This document shows positions 26,437-39,135 of a stretch of DNA of 64,000 bases, one piece after another. The stretch's first letter is position 1; every line of letters starts with the position of its first letter. The stretch is from Pristiophorus japonicus (lineage: Eukaryota), in assembly GCF_044704955.1 (NCBI RefSeq), contig NC_091988.1, positions 75,392,001 to 75,456,000 of the forward strand, written 5' to 3'. The position numbers and the translations under genes are program-made. The notes under the pieces were generated by a model, which worked only from the letters and a program-made list of their open reading frames with translations, ran no database searches and was not told where the DNA came from.

Positions 26437-27241
26437 TCCCCCGTAAGTTGCCCTGCCTCCTGCGCGGCCCAGTCAGATTTCTGCGCATGCGCAGCACCCA
26501 GTGTAAGAGTCGGTGAACTGCCTGCACGGGATCTCTCCACCTTATTGCCGACTCACTTAACCTGTCTACATCCCTTTACTGTTTCTTTGGGAGCAAAATT
26601 GATCCATTTTGTGATGCCCATTAGCGCCTTCAGGGGATGCTAACGGAATGTAAATACTCTTTGCCCAGGGTTGGGGACAGGTGAGGTGGGGTGGGGGGTG
26701 CTACCGGCCAGTGCAGCGCCACGCCTCACAGGTAGCGTCCCGCACCAACCCCTTTCCGTCCCGCGGTGGATGTTGCCCCATGAAGCTGGCGCGAGCGGGT
26801 GTCAGCGCCAGCTTTGCGGGTCGAGAAGCGGGTCGACATCCGCTCGCGGGGCAGAAGTTAAAGGGGAGGTCGCCAGCTCCCTGCGCTGCCATCTCGCTCG
26901 TTTTACTGACTCTCGGTTGTATCGTTTCCTCCCCTAGTGTGGTCCGGGCTACCATCGTGCAGCGCAGCTCTCCGTTTTGGGTACCGGGCTGCAGCCCTGG
27001 TACCACGCTGCCCTGGTGGTGAGCAGAGGCCTTGTCGAGTGAGCAGTGGCCCTCCCCTTTGAGCATCCGCGTAGCGCTGGAACCGCCGCTAAAGAAATGG
27101 GGCACGCGAGATTGCGCTGCACTTCTTGTGAGGGGCAGTGAGCCCAATTCATCAGCTAGATCGGGGCTTCCACGCCGGGCGCAGGAAGTACTATCCCGAG
27201 CAGGTTACCGCCCCCAATCGGGGCACGGGCCAATTGCACCC
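26437..27241. mobile_element. GC/CpG-rich insertion, probable non-autonomous DNA transposon, lying between CR1 pieces
   Basis: Flanked by CR1 sequence (26110-26435, 27242-27502). Shares the motif ggttaccgccccc with 490-660. TIRs are poor. Confidence 0.4.
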
Positions 27242-27745
27242 TCTTTGTGTCCTCACAGCTTACTTTCCCAGCTTGTTTTCTATCATTAGCAAACTTGGAT
27301 ACATTGCATTCAGTCCCTTCATCTAAGTCATTGATATAGATTGTAATTAGCTGAGGTCCAAGCACTGATCCTTCTGGCACCCCACTACTTACAGCCTGCC
27401 AACCCGAAAATTACCCGTTTATCCTGACTCTCTGTTTTCTGTCTGTTAAACGGTCCTCTATCCATGCTAATATATTACCCCCAACCCCATGAGCCCTTAT
27501 CTAAGCCATGTTTTTGTGAACGATCCAGTCCATGTTTTTTTTAGAGGTCCATTCAACGTTTTGTGACAGATCAATTTGGGTAAAATGTGAGTTTAGGAGT
27601 TCATGGTTGAGGGAGAAGGTGAAATCAACAGTAAAGAACAACATATTGGAGCAATTGTCTAGTGTGTACGGCAGTCACTTGCCTTCAAAAGAAAGTCTGC
27701 AAATAAACACATTCCTGATGTTACGAGCCGGCAGACAGTTCTTAC

Positions 27746-27852
27746 CGTGATCATGCGCAAATACAAACAGGGATTGATTAACGAGCATCTCGACAACTTT
27801 CGTGTAGCGGCCGCTGTGTTCTGCTGCACCATGTACTATCATCACTAGAGCC
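27746..27852 (-). CDS. mgll: MGLL-like paralog A, coding exon 2 (107 nt; ALVMIVHGAAEHSGRYTKVVEMLVNQSLFVFAHDH)
   Basis: Acceptor CCTTCCAG|, donor CACG|GTAAG. Carries the HGxxEHSGRY and FAHDH motifs of MGLL; phase fits exons 1 and 3. Confidence 0.95.
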
Positions 27853-28934
27853 CTGGAAGGATTTGGTGGAAGAAGAATTGAGCAACGGAACAGCAAGCAT
27901 CATCTTCACCGTAAAACAAGTCACGCTAAAACTCTGTCATTCAACACTGATTTCACAGTCGTAATAGCGCCAGTCCCCACCCCTGCCTCAGCCCATCCGG
28001 TGCTGAAACCCTCCTCCATGCTTTTGTTACCTTCATACTTAAATCTCTCTCTCTCACCTCTTTCTCTCTCTGTGTCTCTCATCCTCTGTGTCCCGCTCAG
28101 TTTATGAAGGAATCTCTCAGCTGTGCTTTAATTGCTTGGGATAAATGCTGACAGACCTGCTGTGTTTCTCCAGCATTTCCTGTTTTTATTTCAGTTTTTC
28201 AGCATTTGCTGTTTATTTTCAATGTTTTTCTCCTCTCTCAGCCTGTAAGCATTGTAAATCGGGGAGATTCCGGGCCAGCCTGCGTAGCCCTGTGACTATT
28301 CAGATAACTTTCTGTATGTGTTGTGTGTCTCCAGTGACTTTGATGCAGTGTTGTGGTTTCCTCAAATACCAGAGTGCCCCAGTCAGTTTAAAACCTCAGC
28401 TACATTCGGGAAACGAAAACACACAATATTACAAAGGAAAAGTAAACCAAGTTTACTGTCTGGGGGCGGGGGAGATCTAAAATAAGAACAGTTCTGAGGC
28501 CCATTGTGTCACAGCTTTTGGCCTTTATCCCAAAGGGACAGATGAGATTCAGTGAGCGGGCGAAGCTGGCAGATGGAGTTCAATGTGGGAAAGTGTGAGG
28601 TCGTCCACTTTGGACTCAACAAAGATAGATTACAGTATTTTCTAAATGGTGAGAAGCTGGGAACTGTGGAGGAGCAGAGAGATTGAGGGATCCAAGTACA
28701 GAAATCACTTAAAGCTGGTGGACAGGTGAAAAAAATAATTCAAAAGGCTAATGGAAGGTTGACCTTTATCTCGAAGGCTGGAATACCAAGGGGTGGAAAT
28801 GATGTTACAGTTTTACAAAGCTCTGATCAGACCACATCTGGAGTAACTGCGTTCAGCTCTGGGCACCGTCCCTCAGGAAGGAGATATTGGCCTTGGTGGG
28901 GAGCAGCGCTGATTCACCAGAATTATACTGGTCG

Positions 28935-29502
28935 GGCTATAAAAGAGCTGGAGCGGCATTCCACTTCAACCTCCAGCGTGAGCTGCTCCAAGTGTGCGAC
29001 GTTTTTGAGATGGGAGACTGGGTGACGTCATCAAAACCCTGGTCGCCGTTTTGGAGCGTGGGCAGGAACATTGGTAGGACCCAGGTACAGAGGAGTGGGA
29101 AGGTTGGGGCGGATGAGCGGCGAGTGTTTGTGGCGAGATGCGGTGAATGTTTATGGCGGAGGAGCGGTGAGAGATCGTGGCGGATGTGCGACAGATGAGG
29201 TTCGAGAGCCCAGGGGCAGCACGGGCCAACCCACATTGCGATATGTGTGCGCACTAGGTCTGTGCAGCAGAGCAGGTCTCCAGTCATCCTGGTTAACCCT
29301 TGCCACTGGATAAAGGCCTAGCTCTGTCAAGCCCGTAGGTGGCTGGTGTGCAATGGTCACCACACGTTAAAAAAATTCACGCACAGGCATCTTCCACCCC
29401 CTCAATTGGAGTTCAGGACTGGAACATCGGGTCCTTCATTGAAACACCTGTGAACTCGTGGAAGCAAATCATCCTCGTTAGAGGGACCGCCTATTATGAT
29501 GA
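28935..29502 (+). mobile_element. RTE-like short retroelement
   Basis: Ends gaagcaaatcatcctcg..agggaccgcctattatgatga, an RTE-type (TGA)n tail. A second copy lies in reverse at 45060-45425. Confidence 0.6.
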
Positions 29503-29991
29503 CTCAATTATTCCATGTCTCGCTCACCCATCACCCCAGTGCTCACTGGCCAACATTGGCTCCCTGTCCAACAATGCCTCACAAATAAAATTCTCAACCT
29601 TGTGTTCAAATCCCTACATGGCCTCACCCCCTCCCTATCTCTGTAACTTCTTTCAGCTCTATGACTCTCCACAAACTCTGTGTTCCTCCAATTCTGGCCT
29701 CTTGTGCATCCCCCGATTTTCTTTGCCCTACTATTGGTGGCCGTGCCTTCAGCTGTCTTGGCCCTAAGCTCTGGAATTTTCTCGCTAAACCTCTCCACCT
29801 CTCTACCTATCTCTCTTCCTCTACGATGCTCCTTAAAACTTACCTCCTGATCACCTGTCCTCATATCTCCCTCGGTGTCAAATTTTGTCTGATATTTGCT
29901 CCTGTGAAGCCCCATGGGATGCTTTGTTACGTTAAAGGCACTATATCAATGCAAGGTGTTGTGATGTAATCAGCTGGTGATTATCGGTCCA

Positions 29992-30515
29992 GGTCAGGAG
30001 TGTGATGGAATACTCTCCACTTGCCTGGATGAATGCAGCTCCAACATTCAAGAAGCTCAGCACCATCCAGGACAAAGCAGCCCGCTTGATTGACAACCCA
30101 TCCACCACCTTAAACATTCACTCCCTCCACCATCGGCGCACCATGGCTGCAATGTGTACCATCTACAAGATGCACTGCAGCAATTTGCCAAGGCTTCTTT
30201 GGCAGTACTTTCCAAATCTGCAACCTTTACCACTTAGAAGGGCAAGGGCAGCAGGCACATGGGAACACCCACACCTGCAAGTGCCCCTCCAAGTCACACA
30301 CCATCCTGACTTAGAAATATATCGGCCGTTCCTTCATCGTCGCTGGGTCAAAATCCTGGAAGTTCATCCCTACCAGCACTGTGGGAGCACCTTCACCACA
30401 CGGACTGCAGCAGTTCAAGAAGGTGGCTCACCACCACCTTCATAAGGACAATTAGGGATGGCCAATAAATGCTGGCCTTGCCAGCGACGTCCACATTCCA
30501 GGAACGAATAAGAAA
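29992..30515 (+). mobile_element. 3' fragment of the LINE family at 23237-24545
   Basis: MEYSPLAWMNAAPT.KKLSTIQDKAARLI and the shared tail. Confidence 0.85.
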
Positions 30516-31458
30516 AAAGGTGTTTGTTGCATTCGTTCACACCCGATCTGACACAACGATAAGCAGCTTTACCAACTTTTCCGTGTTCGGGGGAGTGGGG
30601 AGCAGGAAGTGACGCCTGACTCGTGAGATCGTGGTGTCCTGGCCTCCTGCCTCAGATCGGGTTCCAGCTCTGTAGGCCGAGCCAGATGTTCTGTGCATTT
30701 CTCTCGCTTTCTACCACTTCAGAGCCATGGGGCAGTTTGAATCTATTCAAGAGTGACCCATCTAAACCCACTCATACAATGTTTCCTTCATCTCTCTGTA
30801 AAGGCAGCGAGAATGAGCCTTGGGAATGAACCCCTGTACATGTGTGCTGGAGCGGAAAGAAAGGATTCCCAGATCCTTCATTTCTTTATATTCCCTGTCA
30901 GTCCTCCCTGCCAAGAGAATCTAACAGAAGGAGGCCTTTCAGCCCATTGTGCCTCTGCCTGGTCTTTGAAAGAGCTGTCCAATTAGACCCACTCCCCTGC
31001 TCTTTCCTCGTAGCCCTGCAAATTTTTCCTTTTCAAGTATATAGCCAATTCCCTTCTGAAAGTTTCGACTGAATCTGCTCCCACCACGCTTTCAGGCAGC
31101 GCAATCCACAATCTTCGGACTCGGCGTGAAAGTGCTCTCACTGAGCCACAGCTGACACAGATGACATTATAGCAAATGACGAAAGTTAACCCACCTAAAT
31201 GTTAACTCTGTTTCTCTCTGCACAGATGCTGCCTAACCCGCTGAGTATTTCCAGCATTTTCTGTTTTTATTTCAGATTTCCAGCGCCAGGCTGGGCAATG
31301 GCACTGCTGTGAGTGGTGATGTGCTTGAATGCAATGTTTTTTAAAACTGGGCAATATTTTCCTCTGTTTCCTAATGTAAGTGAATTGTAGACATGGGGTA
31401 AACACCTTTTTATATTCACCCTTATCTTTTGCTGGAATAAATGAATAAAGTATATTTA

Positions 31459-31606
31459 CTCTCTCTTCTCCCTCGCCCTCTTCCTCCCTCTCCTTCCCTC
31501 TCCCCCTCTCCCTCTCCCTCCCTCTCTCTCCCCCTCTCTCCCTCCCTGTCCCTCCCTTTCCCTCTCTCCCCCTCTCCCTCCTTCTCCCTCTCCCTCCCTC
31601 CCTCCG
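31459..31606. repeat. CT-rich low-complexity tract
   Basis: Nearly pure C/T. Confidence 0.9.
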
Positions 31607-32069
31607 CAGCCTTAGCTGGTTATAGAAGTGATTAACTGAGTGGTACAGATCCACAGTCTGTGCTGAGTGTTGTATTTGGTCTCCCAGCCCCTGCGGTGGA
31701 GGAGTAAAATCTCCCAGGTCTCCCTGTTCCTGGTTACTTCCCTGGAACACCAGCTGGGCGACGTGTGTGTGCACTTTGGGCGAGGACAGAATCCAGGGTC
31801 AAGCAGCCTAGTCTCAAAACGTCTGGAAAGACCATGGGCTGGTTACCTCCGGTACATGGCAGGCAAGTAGTTAATGCCTTCGGCGGAGAGAGGGGGGCAG
31901 GGAGGGGGAACAAACTTGGCAGGGGAAAGGAGGTAACAGAAAGAATCGAGCTGCTGGATTTGGCTGCTGCCCATGCTGTTAGGGGCCTTGTTTATTGCAG
32001 ATTACTAAACAAATGTGGACAAACTAATGCTAAGTGCTGTACAGTGTTTGTAATGTACGATACAGAAAG

Positions 32070-32462
32070 AGCGGATTTGCATTTATATAGCTCCTTTCAC
32101 GACCTCAGGACATCCCAAAGCGCTTCAAAGCCAATCGAGTACTTTTGAAGTATAGTCACTGTTGTAATGTAGGAAACGCGGCAAGCCAATTTGCGCATAG
32201 CAAGATCCCACAAATAGCAATGTGATAAATGGCCAAATAATCACTTAGTGGTGTTGGTTGAAGGATAGATATTGGCCAGGACACTGGGGAGAACTCCCCT
32301 GCTTTTCTTCGAAATAGTGCAGTGGGATCTTTACGTCCACCTGAGAGAGCAGACGGGGCCCTGGTTTAAGGTCTCATTTTGTAAAACAGCACCTCCGCCA
32401 GTGCAGCACTCCCTCAGTGAACCACTGAGAGCGTCAGCCTGGATTTCGTGCTCAAGTCTCTG
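32070..32462 (-). mobile_element. Deu-domain SINE, head missing
   Basis: Core matches the other copies. Confidence 0.8.
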
Positions 32463-32914
32463 CCACACCTCAGTACATTATATGTACAGGTACATTACAA
32501 GGCTTTCTCAAAATACACATGTAGCAAGGTGCTTACTAAAGAGAGCATGTTTCACAATGTTTCTCTGTTGGTGAGAAATATACATGAGCAATAACTTGTA
32601 CTGATAGTCGCACCTTTCATGTAGTAAAATGACCCAAGCCGGTTTGCAGTGTGAGGGCACCACGCAGGCGATGGAGGTAGAGTCAGGGACGGTGCTGAGG
32701 GTGCGGCTGAACAGTTACTTTTCGAGGAGATTTTGAAGATGATGAGCAATGAAACAGTGTGGCGTGAATTAGGAACATTTCTTTAAAGTTGATAATAGGA
32801 TCACTACAAATGCTGCGGAAATCCTCAGTCACCCTGATTCTTGTTGTTTAGCCCAAGGCAGGAAGTGGGAACCTCAGCCAGATTCTCAATTGCAATCCCA
32901 CTATTTTAAGGCAG

Positions 32915-33510
32915 AAGAGCGAGAGATCTGGGGAAGGAGGGAAAGGGCAGAGGGAGGGAAAAGAGCATGAGAAACAGACAGAGGGACAGAGAGAAAGGGA
33001 CAGAGAGAAAGGGACAGACAGAGAGCCAGACAGAGGGACAGAGAGAAATGGACAGGGAGACAGACATGAGAGAATCAGAGACAGAGACACACATTAGACA
33101 GAGTGAAACAGGAGATGAAGAAAGAGGCAGAGACAGAGAGAGAAAAACACTCAGACATAGTAGGGAAACCTGAGACAGAAACAGAAGCGGCAGAAAGAGT
33201 CAAAGGCAGAGAGAGACTCAGAAACAGAAAGAGAGACAGAGAGAAACACAATAAACAGAGAAATGCAGGAAAGACACAGAGAGGCAAAGAGCGTGAGAGA
33301 AAGACACACACGGATATTAGAGAATCAAGAGAGACAGCACGAATTGGAGACAGAAACATGGGAGGCAAAGATAGTCAAAGTCACAGAGAAACACTATGGC
33401 GGTTTTAGGGAACCAGGGATAGAGAGAAAGAGAAGGAGAAAGATTCATCAGAGAAATAGAAACAAAGAGACGGGGACATATCAGGAGAGAAAGTCAAGAA
33501 GTAGAGATAC
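32915..33510. repeat. GA/GACA-rich degenerate microsatellite
   Basis: Degenerate (GAGACA)n. Confidence 0.85.
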
Positions 33511-33739
33511 AAATATAGTGTACAAAATACATTTTCTGTGTTTAGTCACACGCTGCCCTACATATGTTTCTATTTACAACATCAAAACATCAACAGTTTA
33601 ATTGTTTCCGTACTTTACTCCCACATGTGCAGAGGACTGAAAGTCCTTAAAACAACACTAGGGACTGTGGTTAAAATGAAATTTGTGCAGCACTGAGACC
33701 TGTGCCATATTTGACTCGATCCCATCTCCGTACTCTTGG

Positions 33740-33945
33740 ACCCCCCACCCCATAATACCTGATCCCACCCGTATTCTCTGACCCCCCACCCCGTATTCTC
33801 TGACCACACCCCCGTAATCCCCAACATCCATCCTGTAATCTCTGACCCCCCCACCTCATAATCCATGACCCCCACCACATAATCTCTGACCATACCCCCG
33901 TACTCTCGGACCCCCACCCCGTAATCCCTGACCCCACCCAATTAA
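33740..33945. repeat. Degenerate ~21-bp tandem repeat (ctctgaccccccacccgtaat-like)
   Basis: About 9 imperfect C-rich units. Confidence 0.75.
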
Positions 33946-34825
33946 TTCTCAGTACATAAGAACATAAGAAATAGGAGCAGCAGTAGGCTATTTAGCCCCT
34001 TGAGCCTGCTCCACCATTCAATAAGAACATGGCTGATCTGATCTTGGCCTCAACTCCGCTTCCCTGCCCGCACCCTACAACCCTTGACTCCCTTATCATT
34101 CAAAACTCTGTCGATCTCCACCTTAAATATATTCAATGACCCAGCCTCCACAGCCCTCTGGGGTAGAGAATTCCACAGATTCACGACCCTCTGAGAGAAT
34201 AAATTCCTCCTCATCTCTGCTTTAAAGGCCGACTCCTTATTCTGAGACTATGCCCCCTAGGGGGCCAGTATAAATAATTATTTATTATAAAAGCTGTAAT
34301 ACAATTTAACTTAAATCAAAATGACAAGAGGAGCACCCCTGTATAAGATTATAACACATCCCCCAGATCGTGGAGATCAGAGGGCATGTAACAAAAATGC
34401 ATTTCAGATTTAAACAGGTGACAACAACTGTTGCCCAATGCTTCTTGGTCCTCTATAGTTCATATTTTGAAAGACAATTGCATAACTCCAGTCAGTATTT
34501 TTCTCATATTAGATTAAGCAGCTATTTCTGGAGTCGGTTCCCCAACCAGGTTTCAGACTTTGCTCTTTGCTCCTGCATTGTCAGGCTTAGCAGGAACCAG
34601 TTATCAACCAAAATCTCTTGGCTTTCAATGCCTGCATTCAATCATGTAAAAATTGCCTACAGTCAGCAACTTCGTTAACAGTTAAAATTTTGATTTGTGG
34701 TCAAATTGAACAGTTTCTCAGTCTTTTGGCCTGAATAATTCACCAAATAACTTGCAACCTGTCATTCTATAGTGCTCATAGCGGCCTTTGGCCTTGCCAT
34801 TCTCATCTTGGGCACTTAATCTCAG

Positions 34826-35275
34826 TGTCAGCCAGTGGCTCAGTGTCTCTTTGGCCTCTGAGTCAGAAGGTTGTAAGTTCAAGTCCAGAGATTTGAGCAC
34901 ATAAATCTCGGCTGACATTCCCAGTGCAGTGCTAAGGAAGAGCTACACTTTCGGAGATGCTGTCTTTCGGAGGAGACGTTAAACCAAGATCTGCTCTCTC
35001 AGGTGGACATAAAAGATCCTACGGGAACTATTTCGAAGAAGAGCAGGGAGCTCTTCCTGGTGTCGTGACCAATATTTATCCCTCAATCAACATCACTAAA
35101 AACAGATTATCTGGTTATTATTACATTGCTTTTTGTAGGAGCTTGCTGAGCACAAATTGGCTGCTGCATTTCCTACACCAGTGACTACACTTCAAAATGT
35201 AATTCATGGGCTGTAAAGCGCTTTGCGACATCCGGTGGTCATGAAAGGCGCTATATAAAGGCAAGTTTTTCTTTC
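34826..35275 (+). mobile_element. Deu-domain tRNA-SINE, full length
   Basis: tRNA head with A/B-box-like motifs, core, and tail ggcgctatataaaggcaagtttttcttt. Confidence 0.85.
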
Positions 35276-35472
35276 TGCCTCCCATCTTTGTATATTGTAC
35301 TTGTACATGAAACAACAAAAGTTAGTATGCAGGTACAGCAAGTAATTAGGAAAGCAAATGGAATTTTGGCCTTTATTTTAAAGGGGATGGAGTGTAAAAG
35401 GAAGTCCTGCTCCAACTGTACAGGGCGTTAGTAAGACCACACCTAGATTACTGTATACAGTATTGGTCTCCC

Positions 35473-38400
35473 TGTGGTCATCCCCTCCAAAACAGATACA
35501 CCGCCTTGGGTGCTGTTGGGGAGGGCAGCAGCAGCCAAGTTCATGGCACCATGGGTGGCTTTGCTGCACAGGACGGCAGGAAAAAGAGTGGGAGAGCTAT
35601 AGAGGTAGGGGATTCTATTGTAAGGAGAATAGATAGACGTTTCTGCGGCCGCAATCGAGACTCCAGGATGGTATGTTGCCTCCCTGGTGCAAGGGTCAAG
35701 GATGTCTCGGAGCGGCTGCAGGACATTTTGGAGGGGGAGGGTGAACAGCCAGTTGTCGTGGTGCATATAGGTACCAATGATATAGGTAAAAAATGGGATG
35801 AGATCCGACAAGCTGAATTTAGGGAGCTAGGAGTTAAATTAAAAAGTAGGACCTCAAAGATAGTAATCTCAGGATTGCTACCAGTGTCACGTGCTAGTCA
35901 GAGTAGGAATTGCAGGATAGCTAAGATGAATACGTGGCTTGAGGAGTGGTGCAGGAGGGAGGGATTTAAATTCCTGGGATATTGGAACCGGTTCTGGGGG
36001 AGGTGGGACCAGTACAAACCAATGGCAGGACCGGAACCAATGTCCTAGGGGGAGTGTTTGCTAGTGCTGTTGGGGAGGGGTTAAACTAATATGGCAGGGG
36101 GGTGGGAACCTAAGCAGAGAGACAGAGGGAAGTAAAATGGGGGCAGAAGCAAAAGATAGAAAGATGAAAAGTAAAAGTGGAGGGCAGAGAAACCCAAGGC
36201 AAAAAGCAAAAAGGGCCACATTACAGCAAAATTCTAAAGGGGCAAAGTGTGTTAAAAAGACAAGTCTGAAGGCTCTGTGCCTCAATGCGCGAAGGAGTAT
36301 TCGTAATAAGATGGACGAATCAATGGCGCAGGCAGCTATTAACGAATATGATATAATAGGGATTACGGACACATGGCTCCAGGGTGACCAAGGCTGGGAA
36401 CTCAACATCCAGGGGTATTCAACATTCAGGAAGGATAGACAGAAAGGAAAAGGAGGTGGTGCAGCGTTGCTCTTTAAAGAGGAAATTAACACAATAGTAA
36501 GGAAGGACATTAGCTTGGATGATGTGGAATCTGTATGGGTGGAGCTGCGGAATACCAAAGGGCAGAAAACATGAGTGGGAGTTGTGTACAGACCATCAAA
36601 CAGTAGCAGTGAGGTTGGGGACAGCGTGCAATAAAGGTACAGCAGTTATCATGGGTGACTTTAATCTACATATAGATTGGGCTAACCAAACTGGTAGCAA
36701 TATGGTGGAGGAGGATTTCCTAGAGTGTATTAGGGATGGTTTTCTAGACAATATGTCGAGGAACCATCGAGAGGACTGACCATCCTAGACTGGGTGATGT
36801 GTAATGAGAAAGACTAATTAGAAATCCTGTTGTGCAAAGCCCCTTGGGGAAGAGTGACCATAATATGGTAGAATCCATTATTAAGATGGAGAGTGACACA
36901 GTTAATTCAGAGATTAGGATCCTGAGCTTAAGGAATCTTGTGTGGCTATACGCCACTTGTCCCTCTAAGAAATTGGCTACAATAGACTGGCGAATGATAC
37001 TTAAAGGGCTGACCGTGGATAGGCAATGGCAAACATTTAAAGATCACATGGATGAACTTCAACAATTGAACATCCCTGTCTGGAGTAAAAATAAAACGGG
37101 GAAGGTGGCTCAACTGTGGCTAACAAGGGAAATTAAGGATAGTGTTAAATCTAAGGAAGAGGCATATAAATTGGCCAGAAAAAGCAGCAAACCTGAGGAC
37201 TGGGAGAAATTTAGAATTCAGCAGAGGAGGACAAAGAGTTTAATTAGGAGGGGGGAAATAGAGTATGAGAGGAAGCTTGCTGGGAACATAAAAACTGACT
37301 GCAAAAGCTTCTATAGATATGTGAAGAGAAAAAGATTAGTGAAGACAAACATAGGTCCCTTGCAGTCAGAATCAGGTAAATTTATAATGGGGAACAAAGA
37401 AATGGCAGACCAATTGAACAAATACTTTGGTTCTGTCTTCACGAAGGAAGACACAAATAACCTTCGCAAATACTAGGGGACCGAGAGTCTAATGAGAAGG
37501 AGGAACCGAAGGAAATCCTTATTAGTCAGGAAATTATGTTAGTGAAATTGATGAGATTCCCAGGGCCTGATAGTCTGCATCCCAAAGTACTTAAGGAAGT
37601 GGTCCTCGAGATAATGGATGCATTGGTGATCATTTTCCAACAGTCTATCGACTCTGGATCAGTTCCTATGGACTGGTGGGTAGCTAATGTAACACCACTT
37701 TTAAAAAAGAGAGAGAAAACAGGGAATTACAGACTGGTTAGCCTGACATCAGTAGTGGGGAAAATGTTGGAATCAATTATTAAAGATGAAATAGCAGCGC
37801 ATTTGGAAAGCAGTGACAGGATCGGTCCGAGTCAGCATGGATTTATGAAAGGGAAATCATGCTTGTCAAATCTTCTAGAATTTTTTGAGGATGTAACTAG
37901 TAGAGTGGACAAGGGAGAACCAGTGGATGTGGTGTATTTGGGCTTTCAAAATGTTTTTGACAAGGTCCCACACAAGAGATTGGTGTGCAAAGTTAAAGCA
38001 CATTGTATTGGGGGTAATGTATTGACGTGGATAGAGAACTGGTTGGCAGACAGGAAGCAGAGAGTTGGGATAAACGGATCCTTTTCAGAATGGCAGGCAG
38101 TGACTAGTGGGTTGCCGCAGGGCTCAGTTCTGGGATCCCAGCTATTTACAATATACATCAATGACTTAGGTGAAGGAATTGAGTGTAATAGCTCCAAGTT
38201 TGCAGATGACACTAAGCTGGGTGGCGGTGTGAGCTGTGAGGAGGATGCTAAGTGTCTGCAGGGTGACTTGGACAGGTTAGGTGAGTGGGAAAATGCATGG
38301 CAGATGCAGTATAATGAGAATAAATGTGAGGTTATCCACTTTGGTGGCAAAAATAAAGGCAGAATATTATCTGAATGGCGGCAGATTAGGAAAAGGGGAG

Positions 38401-39135
38401 GTGCAACGAGACCTGGGTATCATGGTACATCAGTCATTGAAAGTTGGCATGCAGGTACAACAGGCGGTGAAGAAGGCCAATGGCATGTTGGCCTTCATAG
38501 CTAGGGAATTTGAGCATAGGAGCATGGAAGTCTTACTGCAATTGTACAGGGTCTTGGTGAGGCCTCACCTGGAATATTGTGTTCAGTTTTGGTCTCCTAA
38601 TTTGAGGAAGGACATTCTTGCTATTGAAGGAGTGCAGCGAAGGTTCACCAGACTGATTCCTGGGATGGCAGGACTGACATATGAGGAGAAACTGGATCAA
38701 CTGGGCCCGTATTCACTGGAGTTTAGAAGGGTGAGAGGGAATCTCAAAGAAATATATAAAATTCTGATGGAACTGGACAGGTTAGATGCAAGAAGAATGT
38801 TCCCGATGTTGGGGAAGTCCAGAGCCAGGGGTCACAGTCTAAGGATAATGGGTAAGCCATTTAGGACCGAGATGAGGAGAAACTTCTTCACTCAGCGAGT
38901 TGTTAACCTGTGGAATTCTCTACCGCAGAGAGTTGTTGATGCCAGTTCATTAGATATATTCAAGAGGGAGTTAGATATGGCCCTTACGGCTAAAAGGGAT
39001 CAAAGGGTTTGGAGAGTAAGCAGGAAAGGGATACTAATCTAAATGATCAGCCATGATCTTATTGAATGGTGGTGCATGCTCGAAGGTCCGAATGGCCTAC
39101 TCCTGCACCTATTTTCTATGTTTCTATGTTTCTAT
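35473..39135 (+). mobile_element. CR1 LINE, long copy (esterase ORF1 part plus ORF2 with frameshifts), inserted into an older CR1 fragment (35300-35472 and 39136-39630)
   Basis: GDSIVR..CLPGARV..VVVHIGTNDIG (SGNH esterase), APE and RT motifs, (TTCTATGT)n tail. Same family as 1567-5115. Confidence 0.95.

Noticed and set aside
32848-33601. Charged (E/R/K-rich) ORFs
   Set aside because: Translation of a GA-rich microsatellite.
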